Assembly (NCBI GenBank): GCA_049683875.1
Contig: JBAUJO010000165.1
Coordinates: 28 to 64,027, forward strand
Direction: 5' to 3'
Source: Ornithinimicrobium sp.
GTDB taxonomy: Bacteria > Actinomycetota > Actinomycetes > Actinomycetales > Dermatophilaceae
Length of the DNA stretch: 64,000 nt
The position numbers and the translations under genes were made by a program. This document shows, piece by piece, positions 11,055 through 19,646 of this stretch. The notes under the pieces were generated by a model, which made no database searches, had not been told where the DNA came from, and saw only the letters and a list, made by a program, of their open reading frames with translations. Numbering within the stretch: position 1 is the first letter of the stretch; the number at the start of each line of letters is the position of its first letter.

Positions 11055-11456
11055 ATGACACGCGACTCCACGCACCTGAGCATCGTGGTCGACCGCTCCA
11101 GCACCGTCGTCTACGAGTTCGCTGCAGACCCGGCGAATTTGCCTGCCTGGGCGAGCGGGCTGGCGCGCACGACGGTGGAATGGAGCGACGGCCACTGGGT
11201 GGCCGAGTCGCCGATGGGCCGGGTCACTATCGACTTCACCGAGCGCAACGACCTCGGTGTGCTCGACCACGTCGTCACGCTGCCCGCTGGCCAGACGGTG
11301 TTCAACCCGCTGCGGGTGATCCCGTACGGCGAGAGCAGCGAGGTGGTGTTCACGCTGCGACGGCAACCTGGCATGACCGAAGAAGAGCTCACCCGTGACG
11401 CCACTGCGGTGCGCGCCGACCTCGCATCGCTCAAACGCGTCCTGGAAGGCAGATGA
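11055..11456 (+). CDS. SRPBCC (START/polyketide-cyclase-like) domain protein
   Basis: ORF 11022..11456, trimmed to ATG 11055 (MTRDSTHLSIVVDRSSTVVYEFAADPANLPAWA...). Size of about 133 aa and the N-terminal beta-strand/helix pattern are typical of SRPBCC proteins. Confidence 0.6.
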   Translation: MTRDSTHLSIVVDRSSTVVYEFAADPANLPAWASGLARTTVEWSDGHWVAESPMGRVTIDFTERNDLGVLDHVVTLPAGQTVFNPLRVIPYGESSEVVFTLRRQPGMTEEELTRDATAVRADLASLKRVLEGR

Positions 11457-11468
11457 GCCGGACGTTCG

Positions 11469-12158
11469 CTACGACGACGCGGATTCCGGTGCGTCTCGGT
11501 CCGCGGCCAAGCCGTCGAGAATGAGGTCCAGCACGTAGCCGAAGCTGCTGTCCAGCTCCGCCTCGTGGAGGTGCTGCTCGACGTGCTCGACCATGCGCGG
11601 GTGCACCTGCGGGTCGATAGTCTCCAGGAAGGAACGCGCGCCGGTCTTCCGGTCCTCCAGTGCGGCGCCGGTCTGGCCCGCTCCCGTGATGGCGCCCTGC
11701 TGCAGGGCGAAGCCGACAACGTGGTTGCTCAGCGCGTGGAACCCGCGATGGGCGGAGTGGGGGGAGAGGTCCGAGCGGCGCAGCGCCTCGAGCCAGGCCT
11801 CCATGAGATCCATCCGGGCCGGGCCCACGGCACTGGTGGTCCAGAGCTCGCTGACCCACGGATGCCGGTTCAGCGCCTCGTGCGCTGAGAGACAGGAGCG
11901 CCGGAGTGCCCGCGGCCAGGGTTCGTCGCTCGAGGGCAGGTCGACACCGGTGACCACCGTGTCGACCATGCCGGCCAGCAGGTCGGCCTTGCTGACCACG
12001 TGGTTGTACAAGGACATCACCTCGTAGCCGAGACGGTGCGCGAGGAGGCGCATCGTTACTCCGGCCACTCCGCGTTCGTCCGCGAGAGCCACCCCACCGT
12101 CGAGCACTCTGTGACGGGTGAGGGGGACCCGGGAGGATTCAGGCTTGATGCTCGGCAT
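11469..12158 (-). CDS. TetR-family regulator with tetracycline-repressor-like C-terminal domain
   Basis: This is the C-terminal 229 codons of ORF 11469..12803. The sequence reads MPSIKPESSRVPLTRHRVLDGGVALADERGVAGVTMRLLAHRLGYEVMSLYNHVVSKADLL. The upstream part of the ORF overlaps the divergent dehydrogenase gene and is discarded. An alternative ATG lies at 12173. Confidence 0.8.
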   Translation of the reverse strand: MPSIKPESSRVPLTRHRVLDGGVALADERGVAGVTMRLLAHRLGYEVMSLYNHVVSKADLLAGMVDTVVTGVDLPSSDEPWPRALRRSCLSAHEALNRHPWVSELWTTSAVGPARMDLMEAWLEALRRSDLSPHSAHRGFHALSNHVVGFALQQGAITGAGQTGAALEDRKTGARSFLETIDPQVHPRMVEHVEQHLHEAELDSSFGYVLDLILDGLAADRDAPESASS

Positions 12159-12183
12159 TGCTGTAACGTACATTGTACTTAGG

Positions 12184-12198
12184 ACGTACGGCGTACGT
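12184..12198. promoter_or_regulatory. inverted repeat ACGTAC-GGC-GTACGT in a cluster of CGTAC half-sites, putative TetR operator
   Basis: Read directly. The 60-bp divergent gap (12159-12218) contains aaCGTACattGTACttaggACGTACggcGTACGTat. The RBS CAGGAGG and GTG 12219 follow. Confidence 0.45.
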
Positions 12199-12218
12199 AT
12201 CGGCTCAGGAGGTCTTCT

Positions 12219-13199
12219 GTGAAAGCACTGGTCTGTCCGCGCTACGGGGGCCCCGAGGTCCTGCAGCTCAGGGATGTCGAGAGGCCCGAGCCGGCTGCGG
12301 ACGAGGTCCTGGTGAGGGTCCACGCCGCCGGTCTCAACGCCGCCGACTGGCACATCATGCGCGCCGACCCGTTCATCGTCCGTGTGGGCAACGGCCTCTT
12401 GAGACCCCGAATGCGCGCCCTCGGCGCGGACCTCGCCGGCACGGTCGAGACGGTGGGCGATACCGTGCGTGAGCTCCGCGTGGGCGATGAGGTCTTCGCA
12501 GATCTGTCGACCTGCGGCTTCGGGGCCTTCGCCGAGTACGTCTGTGTGCCCGAGCGCTTCCTGAGCCGCAAGCCGTCCACCACCTTCTTCGAGCAGGCCG
12601 CGGTCATGCCGCTGTCTGGGGTGACGGCACTGCAGGCCCTGCGCGACCAGGCCGCGGTGACAGCGGGGGAGCGGGTGCTGGTCTACGGTGCCTCCGGCGG
12701 GGTCGGCACGTACGCCGTCCAGCTGGCCGTGGCGATGGGAGCGGAGGTGACCGCGGTATGCAGCTCGTCCAAGACCGAGCAGGTGCACGCTCTCGGAGCC
12801 CATCGCGTGGTGGACTACCTCATGAGCGACGTGTTCGCCGATGGTCAGTCATGGGACGTCGTGCTCGGCGTCAACGGCTACCAGCCTGTGCGCCGCTACC
12901 GGGACGCGCTGAGACCAGGCGGTCGCTACCTCATGATCGGAGGCACCGGGAGGCAGATGCTCGAGGGGATCGCCCTGGGCAAGGCCCTGTCGACCCGGGG
13001 CCGCAGCCTGGGCCCGGTGATCGCCAAACCGGACGGCGAGAAGCTCGCCGATCTGAGACGCTACGTCGAGGCAGGTCAGGTGCGGGCGTTGATCGACCGG
13101 AGGTATCCGTTGGAAGAGGGCGCCGAGGCGATGAGGTACCTCGAGGAGGGGCACAGCCACGGCAAGATCGTGCTGTCGGTCATGGAGCCTGAGCACTGA
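12219..13199 (+). CDS. zinc-type/MDR-family NAD(P)H-dependent oxidoreductase (quinone oxidoreductase / alcohol dehydrogenase-like)
   Basis: ORF 12219..13199 (326 aa). Key blocks are MKALVCPRYGGPEVLQLRDVERPEPAADEVLVRVHAAGLN and the Rossmann motif VLVYGASGGVGTYAVQLA. Confidence 0.8.
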   Translation: MKALVCPRYGGPEVLQLRDVERPEPAADEVLVRVHAAGLNAADWHIMRADPFIVRVGNGLLRPRMRALGADLAGTVETVGDTVRELRVGDEVFADLSTCGFGAFAEYVCVPERFLSRKPSTTFFEQAAVMPLSGVTALQALRDQAAVTAGERVLVYGASGGVGTYAVQLAVAMGAEVTAVCSSSKTEQVHALGAHRVVDYLMSDVFADGQSWDVVLGVNGYQPVRRYRDALRPGGRYLMIGGTGRQMLEGIALGKALSTRGRSLGPVIAKPDGEKLADLRRYVEAGQVRALIDRRYPLEEGAEAMRYLEEGHSHGKIVLSVMEPEH

Positions 13200-13252
13200 G
13201 CCGTCGGCGAGAGGCGCCGCTGCCGGACCGCGACGGGATCGGGCCGGCCAGG

Positions 13253-14098
13253 GTGCGGATGCCGCCGGGCGGCCCGTGGACGACGGTGCTCGCATTCCTG
13301 CGTGAACGCACCGGCACCCCGGCCGAGGCGTTGTACGGCCGCGTGCGCGCCGGTGAGGTGGTCCTCGGCGATGGCACTGCGGTCGACGAGGACACGGCCT
13401 ACCGCGGCGGGCAGGTGGTCTTCCTCTACCGCGATGTGGAGCCCGAGACGCAGGTGCCGTTCGAGCTCGTCATCCTGCACCGGGACCACGACATCGTCGT
13501 GGTGGACAAGCCCCACTTCCTGTCCACGATGCCGCGCGGTGCACACGTCACCGAGACCGTTGTCACCAGGCTGAGGCGCGACTACGGGCTGCCCGACGTG
13601 GTCCCCGCTCACCGGCTGGACCGGCTGACCGCGGGGGTGCTGATCCTGGTGGTACGCCCTGAGGTGCGAGCTGCCTACCAGCGACTTTTCTCCGAGCGCC
13701 GAGTGCACAAGACCTATCTGGCGCGGGCTCCTCGGCTGCCCTCGTGGCGAGATCCGGTGACGGTGAGCAACCGGATCGTCAAGCACCGAGGGCAGCTGCA
13801 GGCGCAGGTGGTCCAGGGCGCGGCGAACGCGCAGACCACGATCGAGCGCCTGGACTGCCTGAGCGAGGTCTGCACCTACCGGCTGACGCCCCATACCGGT
13901 CGGACCCATCAGCTGCGGGTGCACTGCGCCGGGCTGGGCATGCCGATCCTGGGCGACCCGCTCTACCCGCACATCCGTGATGTGGGCGACGGCGACTTCA
14001 GCGACCCGTTGCAGCTGCTTGCGCAACGGCTAGAGTTCGACGATCCGCTGACCGGGGTGCACCGCACCTTCTGCAGCACGAGGAGTCTGAATGCCTGA
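13253..14098 (+). CDS. RluA-family pseudouridine synthase
   Basis: ORF 13253..14098 (281 aa). It has the catalytic motif HRLDRLTAGVLILV and the conserved blocks KTYLARA and GRTHQLRVHCA. Confidence 0.85.
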   Translation: MRMPPGGPWTTVLAFLRERTGTPAEALYGRVRAGEVVLGDGTAVDEDTAYRGGQVVFLYRDVEPETQVPFELVILHRDHDIVVVDKPHFLSTMPRGAHVTETVVTRLRRDYGLPDVVPAHRLDRLTAGVLILVVRPEVRAAYQRLFSERRVHKTYLARAPRLPSWRDPVTVSNRIVKHRGQLQAQVVQGAANAQTTIERLDCLSEVCTYRLTPHTGRTHQLRVHCAGLGMPILGDPLYPHIRDVGDGDFSDPLQLLAQRLEFDDPLTGVHRTFCSTRSLNA

Positions 14099-14627
14099 CG
14101 TGGTCGCCCTGCTGCGCAGCGTCAACGTCGGCGGCAACCGGATGAAGATGGACTGGTTGCGCGCGCTGGCCGGCGATGTCGGGTGCACGAACGTACGGAC
14201 CGTCGTGGCCACCGGCAACGTGGTGATGAGTCCCCCCGATGATCTGAAGGCGACCGGACGGGCGCTGGAGACGGCGCTGGCCGAGCGCTTCGGCCGCATC
14301 GCGGTGGTGATGCGCACCCACGAGGAGTTGCAGGCGGCGGTGCGAGACAACCCCTGGGCCGACCGCGTGAGCACCGGGGCGCTGGAGGGACGGGCAGTGC
14401 ACACCATGTTCTGCGACCACAGCCCGTCGGAAGCGGCCGTAGCCGGGCTCCCGCGGGACGAGTCCGACGACGACTTCGCGGTGGTCGGGCCGCACGCCTT
14501 CCTCAAGCTCGCCGGTTCGGCGGTGGACACGCGGTATACGGGGGCGTGGTTCGAACGCCATCTCGACCTCGTCGGCACCATGCGCAATCACAACACCGTG
14601 CTCAAGCTCGTCGAGATCAGCGCCTGA
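14091..14627 (+). CDS. DUF1697 domain protein
   Basis: ORF 14091..14627 (178 aa). The N-terminus MPDVVALLRSVNVGGNRMKMDWLRALAGDVGCTNVRTVVATGNVVM is the hallmark of DUF1697. It overlaps the rluA-like stop by 8 nt. Confidence 0.75.
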   Translation: MPDVVALLRSVNVGGNRMKMDWLRALAGDVGCTNVRTVVATGNVVMSPPDDLKATGRALETALAERFGRIAVVMRTHEELQAAVRDNPWADRVSTGALEGRAVHTMFCDHSPSEAAVAGLPRDESDDDFAVVGPHAFLKLAGSAVDTRYTGAWFERHLDLVGTMRNHNTVLKLVEISA

Positions 14628-14707
14628 CATTCCCTCAGCTCCCGCACGACCACCGCAGCGGTGACAGCGCATAGCTGATCAACGGTGGAAACGGTTCAAG
14701 CTGGTGA

Positions 14708-15100
14708 TCACGGATCCGTGATCTCTACCGGCTGGCAGTCGGCGCCGCATCCCGTCACCGACGGCGGTGAGTCCGCCGTGGCACGCCGGTGCAGCACGGC
14801 GTGCTCCACTTTGATGTGCAGCGCGTCGCCGCGGGCGTGAGCGGTCCCGTCGACGATCAGGCTGTGCCCGTCGGCGGCGGCGGGTGGTAGCAGCAGGGTG
14901 ACCTGTGGGTGGTCGCGGGCGAGCGCGACCGCAGAACGTCCGGGGGCATCGACGTGAATCATCTCTCCGGTCAGGGTCGGCACCACCTGGACCACGTGGG
15001 GTCGACCGCGACCGGGGCTCAGCAGGTACGCCAACGGCCTGACCGCCATCGCTTCGCCGAGCTCGGCTGGGTCGACCGCGATGCTCATGACTCTCAGCAT
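14708..15100 (-). CDS. small pyridoxamine-5'-phosphate-oxidase-like (PPOX/F420-type split-barrel) protein
   Basis: These are the last 130 codons of ORF 14708..15940 (MLRVMSIAVDPAELGEAMAVRPLAYLLSPGRGRPHVVQVVP...LIVDGTAHARGD). An alternative start lies at 15088. The family call is based on size and pattern only. Confidence 0.45.
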   Translation of the reverse strand: MLRVMSIAVDPAELGEAMAVRPLAYLLSPGRGRPHVVQVVPTLTGEMIHVDAPGRSAVALARDHPQVTLLLPPAAADGHSLIVDGTAHARGDALHIKVEHAVLHRRATADSPPSVTGCGADCQPVEITDP

Positions 15101-15147
15101 GCCGCATGAGGCACCCACGCGAGCGCCGGATACGGAAGACTGCGGGT

Positions 15148-15819
15148 ATGCCGTCCATTCCGTTCGTGGTGGGTCTGCTCTTGGCCGCGGGCGAGGGGAG
15201 CCGCATGGGTCGGCCCAAGGCCGCCGTGGAGCTCGCGGGGCAGACGATGCTCGAGCGGTCCGTCGAAACCTTGTTGCGAGGCGGCTGCGGTGAGGTGCAG
15301 GTGGTGCTCGGAGCCGGCGCGGAAGGCCTCGCGGGAAGGGTCGGCACGGCGGCTGCCCGCTGGGGTGATCGTGTGTCGACCGTGGAATGCGTGCAGTGGC
15401 AGGACGGCGTGAGCGCGTCTCTTCGCACGGGGTTGGCCTCGTTGGCCGCACGCGGGAGGGGATGTCCGGTCGCGGTGCTGGTCCATCTGGTGGACCTGCC
15501 CGACGTCGGTTCCGAGGTGGTCGAGCGGGTGCTGGAGCAAGGAGGCGAGGGACAGCCTTGGTCCAGAGCACTGGTACGTGCCGCCTACGACGGCCGCGCC
15601 GGGCATCCCGCCCTGATCGGCCAGGGGCACTGGCAGGGGGCCGTGGACAGTGCCCAGGGCGACCGTGGGGCGGGCCGCTACCTGCGCGAACATCAGGCCG
15701 TGCTCGTCGAGTGCGGTGACCTGGCAGCCGGCCGTGACGTGGACACCCCGCAGGAGCTGTCGACCTACCAGGATGAGGCGGGGCGGGCCTCGCGCAAGGG
15801 TTGCCCAGGTGCCCCATGA
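15148..15819 (+). CDS. MobA/MocA-like nucleotidyltransferase (candidate molybdenum cofactor cytidylyltransferase)
   Basis: ORF 15106..15819, trimmed to ATG 15148. It carries the NTP_transf_3 signature VVGLLLAAGEGSRMGRPKAAVELAG and sits at the head of the cox-like cluster. Confidence 0.7.
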   Translation: MPSIPFVVGLLLAAGEGSRMGRPKAAVELAGQTMLERSVETLLRGGCGEVQVVLGAGAEGLAGRVGTAAARWGDRVSTVECVQWQDGVSASLRTGLASLAARGRGCPVAVLVHLVDLPDVGSEVVERVLEQGGEGQPWSRALVRAAYDGRAGHPALIGQGHWQGAVDSAQGDRGAGRYLREHQAVLVECGDLAAGRDVDTPQELSTYQDEAGRASRKGCPGAP

Positions 15820-15921
15820 CGTCGGCACGAGCAGGGCACCAGCAGTGACATCGGCAGCGGCGGTGCCCCCAGGGGGGACCCGGGGTGGATCGTCCCCAGG
15901 TTGGTCGTTGATGCTGTGACG

Positions 15922-16809
15922 ATGCACCGGCAGCCCGCATTGGTCAGCCCCCGGTCAGTCGCTGAAGCCTTGGCCACGACCGGGTACCTGGCCGACGAGG
16001 GTCTGTCCACCGTGACCTACCTCGCGGCAGCGTTGCAGCGACCGGTGCTCGTCGAAGGTGAGCCCGGCACCGGCAAGACCGCCCTCGCCGAGGCGATGGC
16101 GCAGGTGTTGGACGCACCGGTCATCCGGTTGCAGTGCTACGAGGGAATCGACGCGAGCCAGGCGCTGTACGACTGGGACTTCCCGCGGCAGATCCTGCAT
16201 CTGCGCGCCGTCGAGGCTGCGGCGTCGGCCGGGGAGGTGGACCAGCTCGAGGCAGAGGTGTACGACCCCCGCTTCCTGCTAGCCCGTCCTCTGCTCAGGG
16301 CCTTGCGCGAGCCCGGATCCGTGCTGTTGATCGACGAGATCGACCGGGCTGACGACGAGTTCGAGGCCTTCCTGCTGGAGATCCTCTCGACCTGGTCGGT
16401 CACGATTCCCGAGGTCGGCACCGTGCGGGCCGAGCAGCCGCCTTTCGTCGTGCTGACCTCCAACCGGACCCGGGAGCTGCACGACGCGCTGAAACGCCGC
16501 TGCCTCTACCACTGGATCGACCATCCCGGTATCAACCGTGAGACGGCGATCGTCCGCACCCGTCTGCCCGAGGTGACAGCAGATCTCGCCGCGCAGATCG
16601 TCGGCCTGGTGCAAAGGCTTCGTGCCGAGGGGGAGCTGATCAAGCCGCCTGGGGTGGCCGAGACCCTGGACTGGGCTCGCGCCGTCCACGCGCTGGGACG
16701 CAGCACGCTTGACGTCGAGGTCGCGGCGGCGACTGTCGGAGCCGCGGTGAAGTACCGGGAGGACACTGAGCGCGTCCGCGCCGCGTTGGACCGGATGCTC
16801 GTCCCATGA
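15922..16809 (+). CDS. MoxR-family AAA+ ATPase (CoxD-like maturation factor)
   Basis: ORF 15901..16809. Walker A is VLVEGEPGTGKTALAEAMA and Walker B is LLIDEIDRADDEFEAFLLE. Start is uncertain (TTG 15901, GTG 15916 or ATG 15922). Confidence 0.85.
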   Translation: MHRQPALVSPRSVAEALATTGYLADEGLSTVTYLAAALQRPVLVEGEPGTGKTALAEAMAQVLDAPVIRLQCYEGIDASQALYDWDFPRQILHLRAVEAAASAGEVDQLEAEVYDPRFLLARPLLRALREPGSVLLIDEIDRADDEFEAFLLEILSTWSVTIPEVGTVRAEQPPFVVLTSNRTRELHDALKRRCLYHWIDHPGINRETAIVRTRLPEVTADLAAQIVGLVQRLRAEGELIKPPGVAETLDWARAVHALGRSTLDVEVAAATVGAAVKYREDTERVRAALDRMLVP

Positions 16810-17912
16810 CCTGGACCGCCGAGGAGCTGCTGCTGGGCTTCACCCGAGCACTGCGGTCGGCGGGGTTGCCCGTGACGCCGGACCGCACCATGACGTTCTT
16901 GCGCGCCGCAGCGTTGGTGGGGGTCAGCGACCGCGACCGGTTGTACTGGGCCGGCCGCACGACGCTCACCGCGTCGCCGTCGGACCTCGACCCTTTCGAC
17001 CAGGTGTTCGCGCAGTGGTTCGGCGGGTCGGAGATGCATTGCCTCAACCGGCCGGCCGCACCGGCGCCGACGGTGGTGCAGGCCGGCTGGGATGACGGCC
17101 CTGACCAGGGAGAAGGCTCAGCGGACCGTGACCACGTGCTGCGCGCCCTGGCCTCCGCGCGTGAGGTGTTGCGCCATCGCGACATCGCGGGGCTCAGCGC
17201 GCAGCAGCGAGCCCTGCTGCGCCACCAGTTCGCCACGCTGCGCCCGCGCTCGCCGGTGCGCCGGACCCGACGACACACACGGGCCCGTCGTGGTGAGGTC
17301 GACGGGCCCGGCACGCTGCGTTCGCAGCTGCGTCGCATGGGGGAGCCGGGCGTGGTCGTGCGTCGTCGGCCGGGCGTACGTGCGCGCCGCGTCGTGCTCC
17401 TGCTCGACGTCAGCGGCTCGATGAGTGCCTATGCCGACGCCCTGCTGCGGCTGGCGCACGCGATGGTGCAGTCGGCCCCAGGGAGCACGGAGGTGTTCAC
17501 GGTGGGTACCCGGCTGACGCACGTGACGCCAGCGATGCGGCAGCGAGACCCGGACGCGGCCCTCGTCGCCGCCGGTGGCTCGGTGGCGGACTGGTCGGGG
17601 GGGACTCGGCTCGGCCAGGTGCTGGCAGCCTTCCTGGAGCGGTGGGGGCGCCGCGGCATGGCGCGTGGCGCGGTCGTCGTGGTCTTCAGCGATGGTTGGG
17701 AGCGAGCCCATCCGGAGGTGCTGGGCGAGCAGATGCGGCGTTTGGCGGCCCTGTCACATCGCGTGGTGTGGGTCAACCCGCACCGTGGTCAACCGGGCTA
17801 TGCACCCGTGCAAGCGGGGATCGTCGCGGCCCTGCCACACGTCGACGACTTTGTCGCGGGTCATTCGCTCGCAGCGTTCGGCGAGGTTCTGGAGGTGGTC
17901 GCCCGTGCGTGA
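16806..17912 (+). CDS. VWA domain protein (CoxE-like)
   Basis: ORF 16806..17912 (368 aa). It has the MIDAS-type motif VVLLLDVSGSMS and VVVFSDGWERA. The ATGA overlap with the MoxR gene is the standard MoxR-VWA pairing. Confidence 0.8.
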   Translation: MTWTAEELLLGFTRALRSAGLPVTPDRTMTFLRAAALVGVSDRDRLYWAGRTTLTASPSDLDPFDQVFAQWFGGSEMHCLNRPAAPAPTVVQAGWDDGPDQGEGSADRDHVLRALASAREVLRHRDIAGLSAQQRALLRHQFATLRPRSPVRRTRRHTRARRGEVDGPGTLRSQLRRMGEPGVVVRRRPGVRARRVVLLLDVSGSMSAYADALLRLAHAMVQSAPGSTEVFTVGTRLTHVTPAMRQRDPDAALVAAGGSVADWSGGTRLGQVLAAFLERWGRRGMARGAVVVVFSDGWERAHPEVLGEQMRRLAALSHRVVWVNPHRGQPGYAPVQAGIVAALPHVDDFVAGHSLAAFGEVLEVVARA

Positions 17913-17916
17913 GGTC

Positions 17917-19098
17917 ATGGCCGAGCTCCTCACGTGGTGCCGGGCGGGCGACTCGGTGGCGATGGCCACCGTGGTGGACACCTGGCGCTCAGCGCCCCGC
18001 CAGGCGGGGGCGTCCATGCTGGTGGGGCCGGATGGCGCTGCGGTGGGGTCGGTTTCCGGAGGATGCGTCGAAGGCGCGGTGTACACCCTCGGGCAGGAGG
18101 TGCTGGCCGACGGTGTGCCGGTGTTGACCCGGTACGGAGTCAGTGACGACGACGCGTTCGCGGTGGGCCTGACCTGCGGCGGGGTCCTGGACGTCTTCGT
18201 CGAGCGCGTATCGACGGAGTCCTTTCCCGAGCTGGAAGCGGTGTCGGGCGACATCGAGGCGGGGCGACCGGTGGCCGTGGCGACGGTGATCGAGCATCCC
18301 GACGAAGCGTGGGTCGGCCGGCGGCTCGTGGTCCGCCCCGACACGTCGGCCTCTTCGGGTTCGCTCGGGTCCTCGCGAGCCGACGATGCCGTGGCCGACG
18401 ACACCCGCGGCCTGCTGGCGGCTGGGCGGACGGCCACGTTGGAGTACGGCCCGGACGGTGAACGTCGTGGGATGGGCATGCGCGTCTTCGTCGCCAGCCA
18501 CGCACCGAAGCCGCGGATGCTGGTGTTCGGCGCGATCGACTTCGCTGCGGCGGTCGCGACGATGGGGGCCTTCCTGGGCTACCACGTCACCGTCTGCGAC
18601 GCGCGCCCCGTGTTCGCGACGACGGCACGCTTCGCGGCGGCTGACGAGGTCGTCGTGCAGTGGCCCCATCGATACCTCGGGGCTGAGATTGCCGCAGGAC
18701 GCGTCGACGCGCGAACGGTCATCTGTGTCCTGACGCACGACCCGAAGTTCGACGTCCCGGTGTTGGAGATGGCACTGACCGGCCCGCCGGTGGCCTACAT
18801 CGGCGCCATGGGCTCGCGGCGGACCCACGATGATCGGATGGACCGCCTGCGAGAGATCGGGCTCGAGCCGGCCCACCTCGCGAGGCTTTCCAGCCCGATC
18901 GGGTTGGACCTCGGTGCCCGCACACCGCAGGAGACGGCCGTGAGCATCGCCTCGGAGATCGTGGCGGTGCGATGGGGTGGGCAGGGAGAGCCCCTGAGTG
19001 ACACGAGCGGTCCGATCCATCACGATGCGGGGGACGCTGAACGCACTGAGTGGGGACCGACGCAACCTCGGCGAGAGATCGAGCCCGGGCAGGCATAG
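17917..19098 (+). CDS. XdhC/CoxF-family molybdoenzyme maturation protein
   Basis: In frame with ORF 17575..19098. Blocks include [55 protein letters not shown] and a C-terminal Rossmann-like domain ([14 protein letters not shown]). An alternative GTG at 17905 overlaps the coxE-like stop. Confidence 0.85.
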   Translation: MAELLTWCRAGDSVAMATVVDTWRSAPRQAGASMLVGPDGAAVGSVSGGCVEGAVYTLGQEVLADGVPVLTRYGVSDDDAFAVGLTCGGVLDVFVERVSTESFPELEAVSGDIEAGRPVAVATVIEHPDEAWVGRRLVVRPDTSASSGSLGSSRADDAVADDTRGLLAAGRTATLEYGPDGERRGMGMRVFVASHAPKPRMLVFGAIDFAAAVATMGAFLGYHVTVCDARPVFATTARFAAADEVVVQWPHRYLGAEIAAGRVDARTVICVLTHDPKFDVPVLEMALTGPPVAYIGAMGSRRTHDDRMDRLREIGLEPAHLARLSSPIGLDLGARTPQETAVSIASEIVAVRWGGQGEPLSDTSGPIHHDAGDAERTEWGPTQPRREIEPGQA

Positions 19099-19109
19099 TA
19101 TGGCTAGCG

Positions 19110-19125
19110 TGTGACACGGGTCACG
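19110..19125. promoter_or_regulatory. CRP/GlxR-type site TGTGA-CACGGG-TCACG upstream of coxS
   Basis: Read directly. It matches 9 of 10 positions of TGTGA-N6-TCACA and is centred about 65 nt upstream of the coxS ATG (19182). Confidence 0.45.
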
Positions 19126-19181
19126 TCTGGCTCACCAGAGGTGACCCGACCGCTCTGTCCCTGCCCCGCCCTGGAGGATCC

Positions 19182-19646
19182 ATGACTCGCATCACCGTCA
19201 ACGTCGACGGGGTGTCCTGCACCGACGACGTCGAACCCCGCATGCTCCTGGTGCACTACCTGCGAGAGCAGGTCGGCAAGACGGGCACCGTCGTAGGGTG
19301 CGACACGAGCAACTGCGGGGCGTGCACCATCCATCTCGACGGTCGCAGCGTGAAGTCGTGCAACATGCTGGCGGTCCAGGCCGATGGCCACGAGGTGACC
19401 ACGATCGAAGGTCTGGCCGAGGGCGGCGAGCTCACGCCGGTCCAGCAGGCCTTTCACGAATGTCACGCGCTGCAATGCGGCTACTGCACCCCGGGCATGA
19501 TCATGCAGGCCACCGACCTGTTGAACGAGAACCCCAGCCCCAGCGAGGACGAGATCCGCCAGGGCATGGAGGGCAACCTGTGCCGGTGCACCGGCTACCA
19601 GAACATCGTCAAGGCCGTGCAGCAAGCGTCAGGAGCCCAGGCATGA
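19182..19646 (+). CDS. coxS: molybdenum hydroxylase small subunit, [2Fe-2S] (CoxS-like)
   Basis: ORF 19050..19646, trimmed to ATG 19182 (RBS GGAGGA). Both Fe-S cluster motifs are present: [10 protein letters not shown] and [10 protein letters not shown]...CRCTGY. Confidence 0.9.
   Translation: MTRITVNVDGVSCTDDVEPRMLLVHYLREQVGKTGTVVGCDTSNCGACTIHLDGRSVKSCNMLAVQADGHEVTTIEGLAEGGELTPVQQAFHECHALQCGYCTPGMIMQATDLLNENPSPSEDEIRQGMEGNLCRCTGYQNIVKAVQQASGAQA

Noticed and set aside
15922-17912. The MoxR ATPase and VWA pair as an independent system, such as a defence or stress module.
   Set aside because: The pair is embedded with 4-nt overlaps in the cox-like cluster, between the MocA-like and XdhC-like genes. 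The standard coxD/coxE maturation role is the simplest explanation.
17575-19098. Long N-terminal extensions in the ORF track: 17575 for XdhC, 19298 for coxL, 49232 for clpP1, 50277 for clpP2, 51022 for the HhH protein, 33611 for malQ, 11469..12803 for TetR, and 46168..47826 for the ABC ATPase.
   Set aside because: The extensions overlap the preceding gene in another frame and are low-complexity Arg/Pro/Ser sequence. Conserved N-termini with an RBS or a 4-nt stop/start overlap occur at internal starts, so the starts were trimmed.
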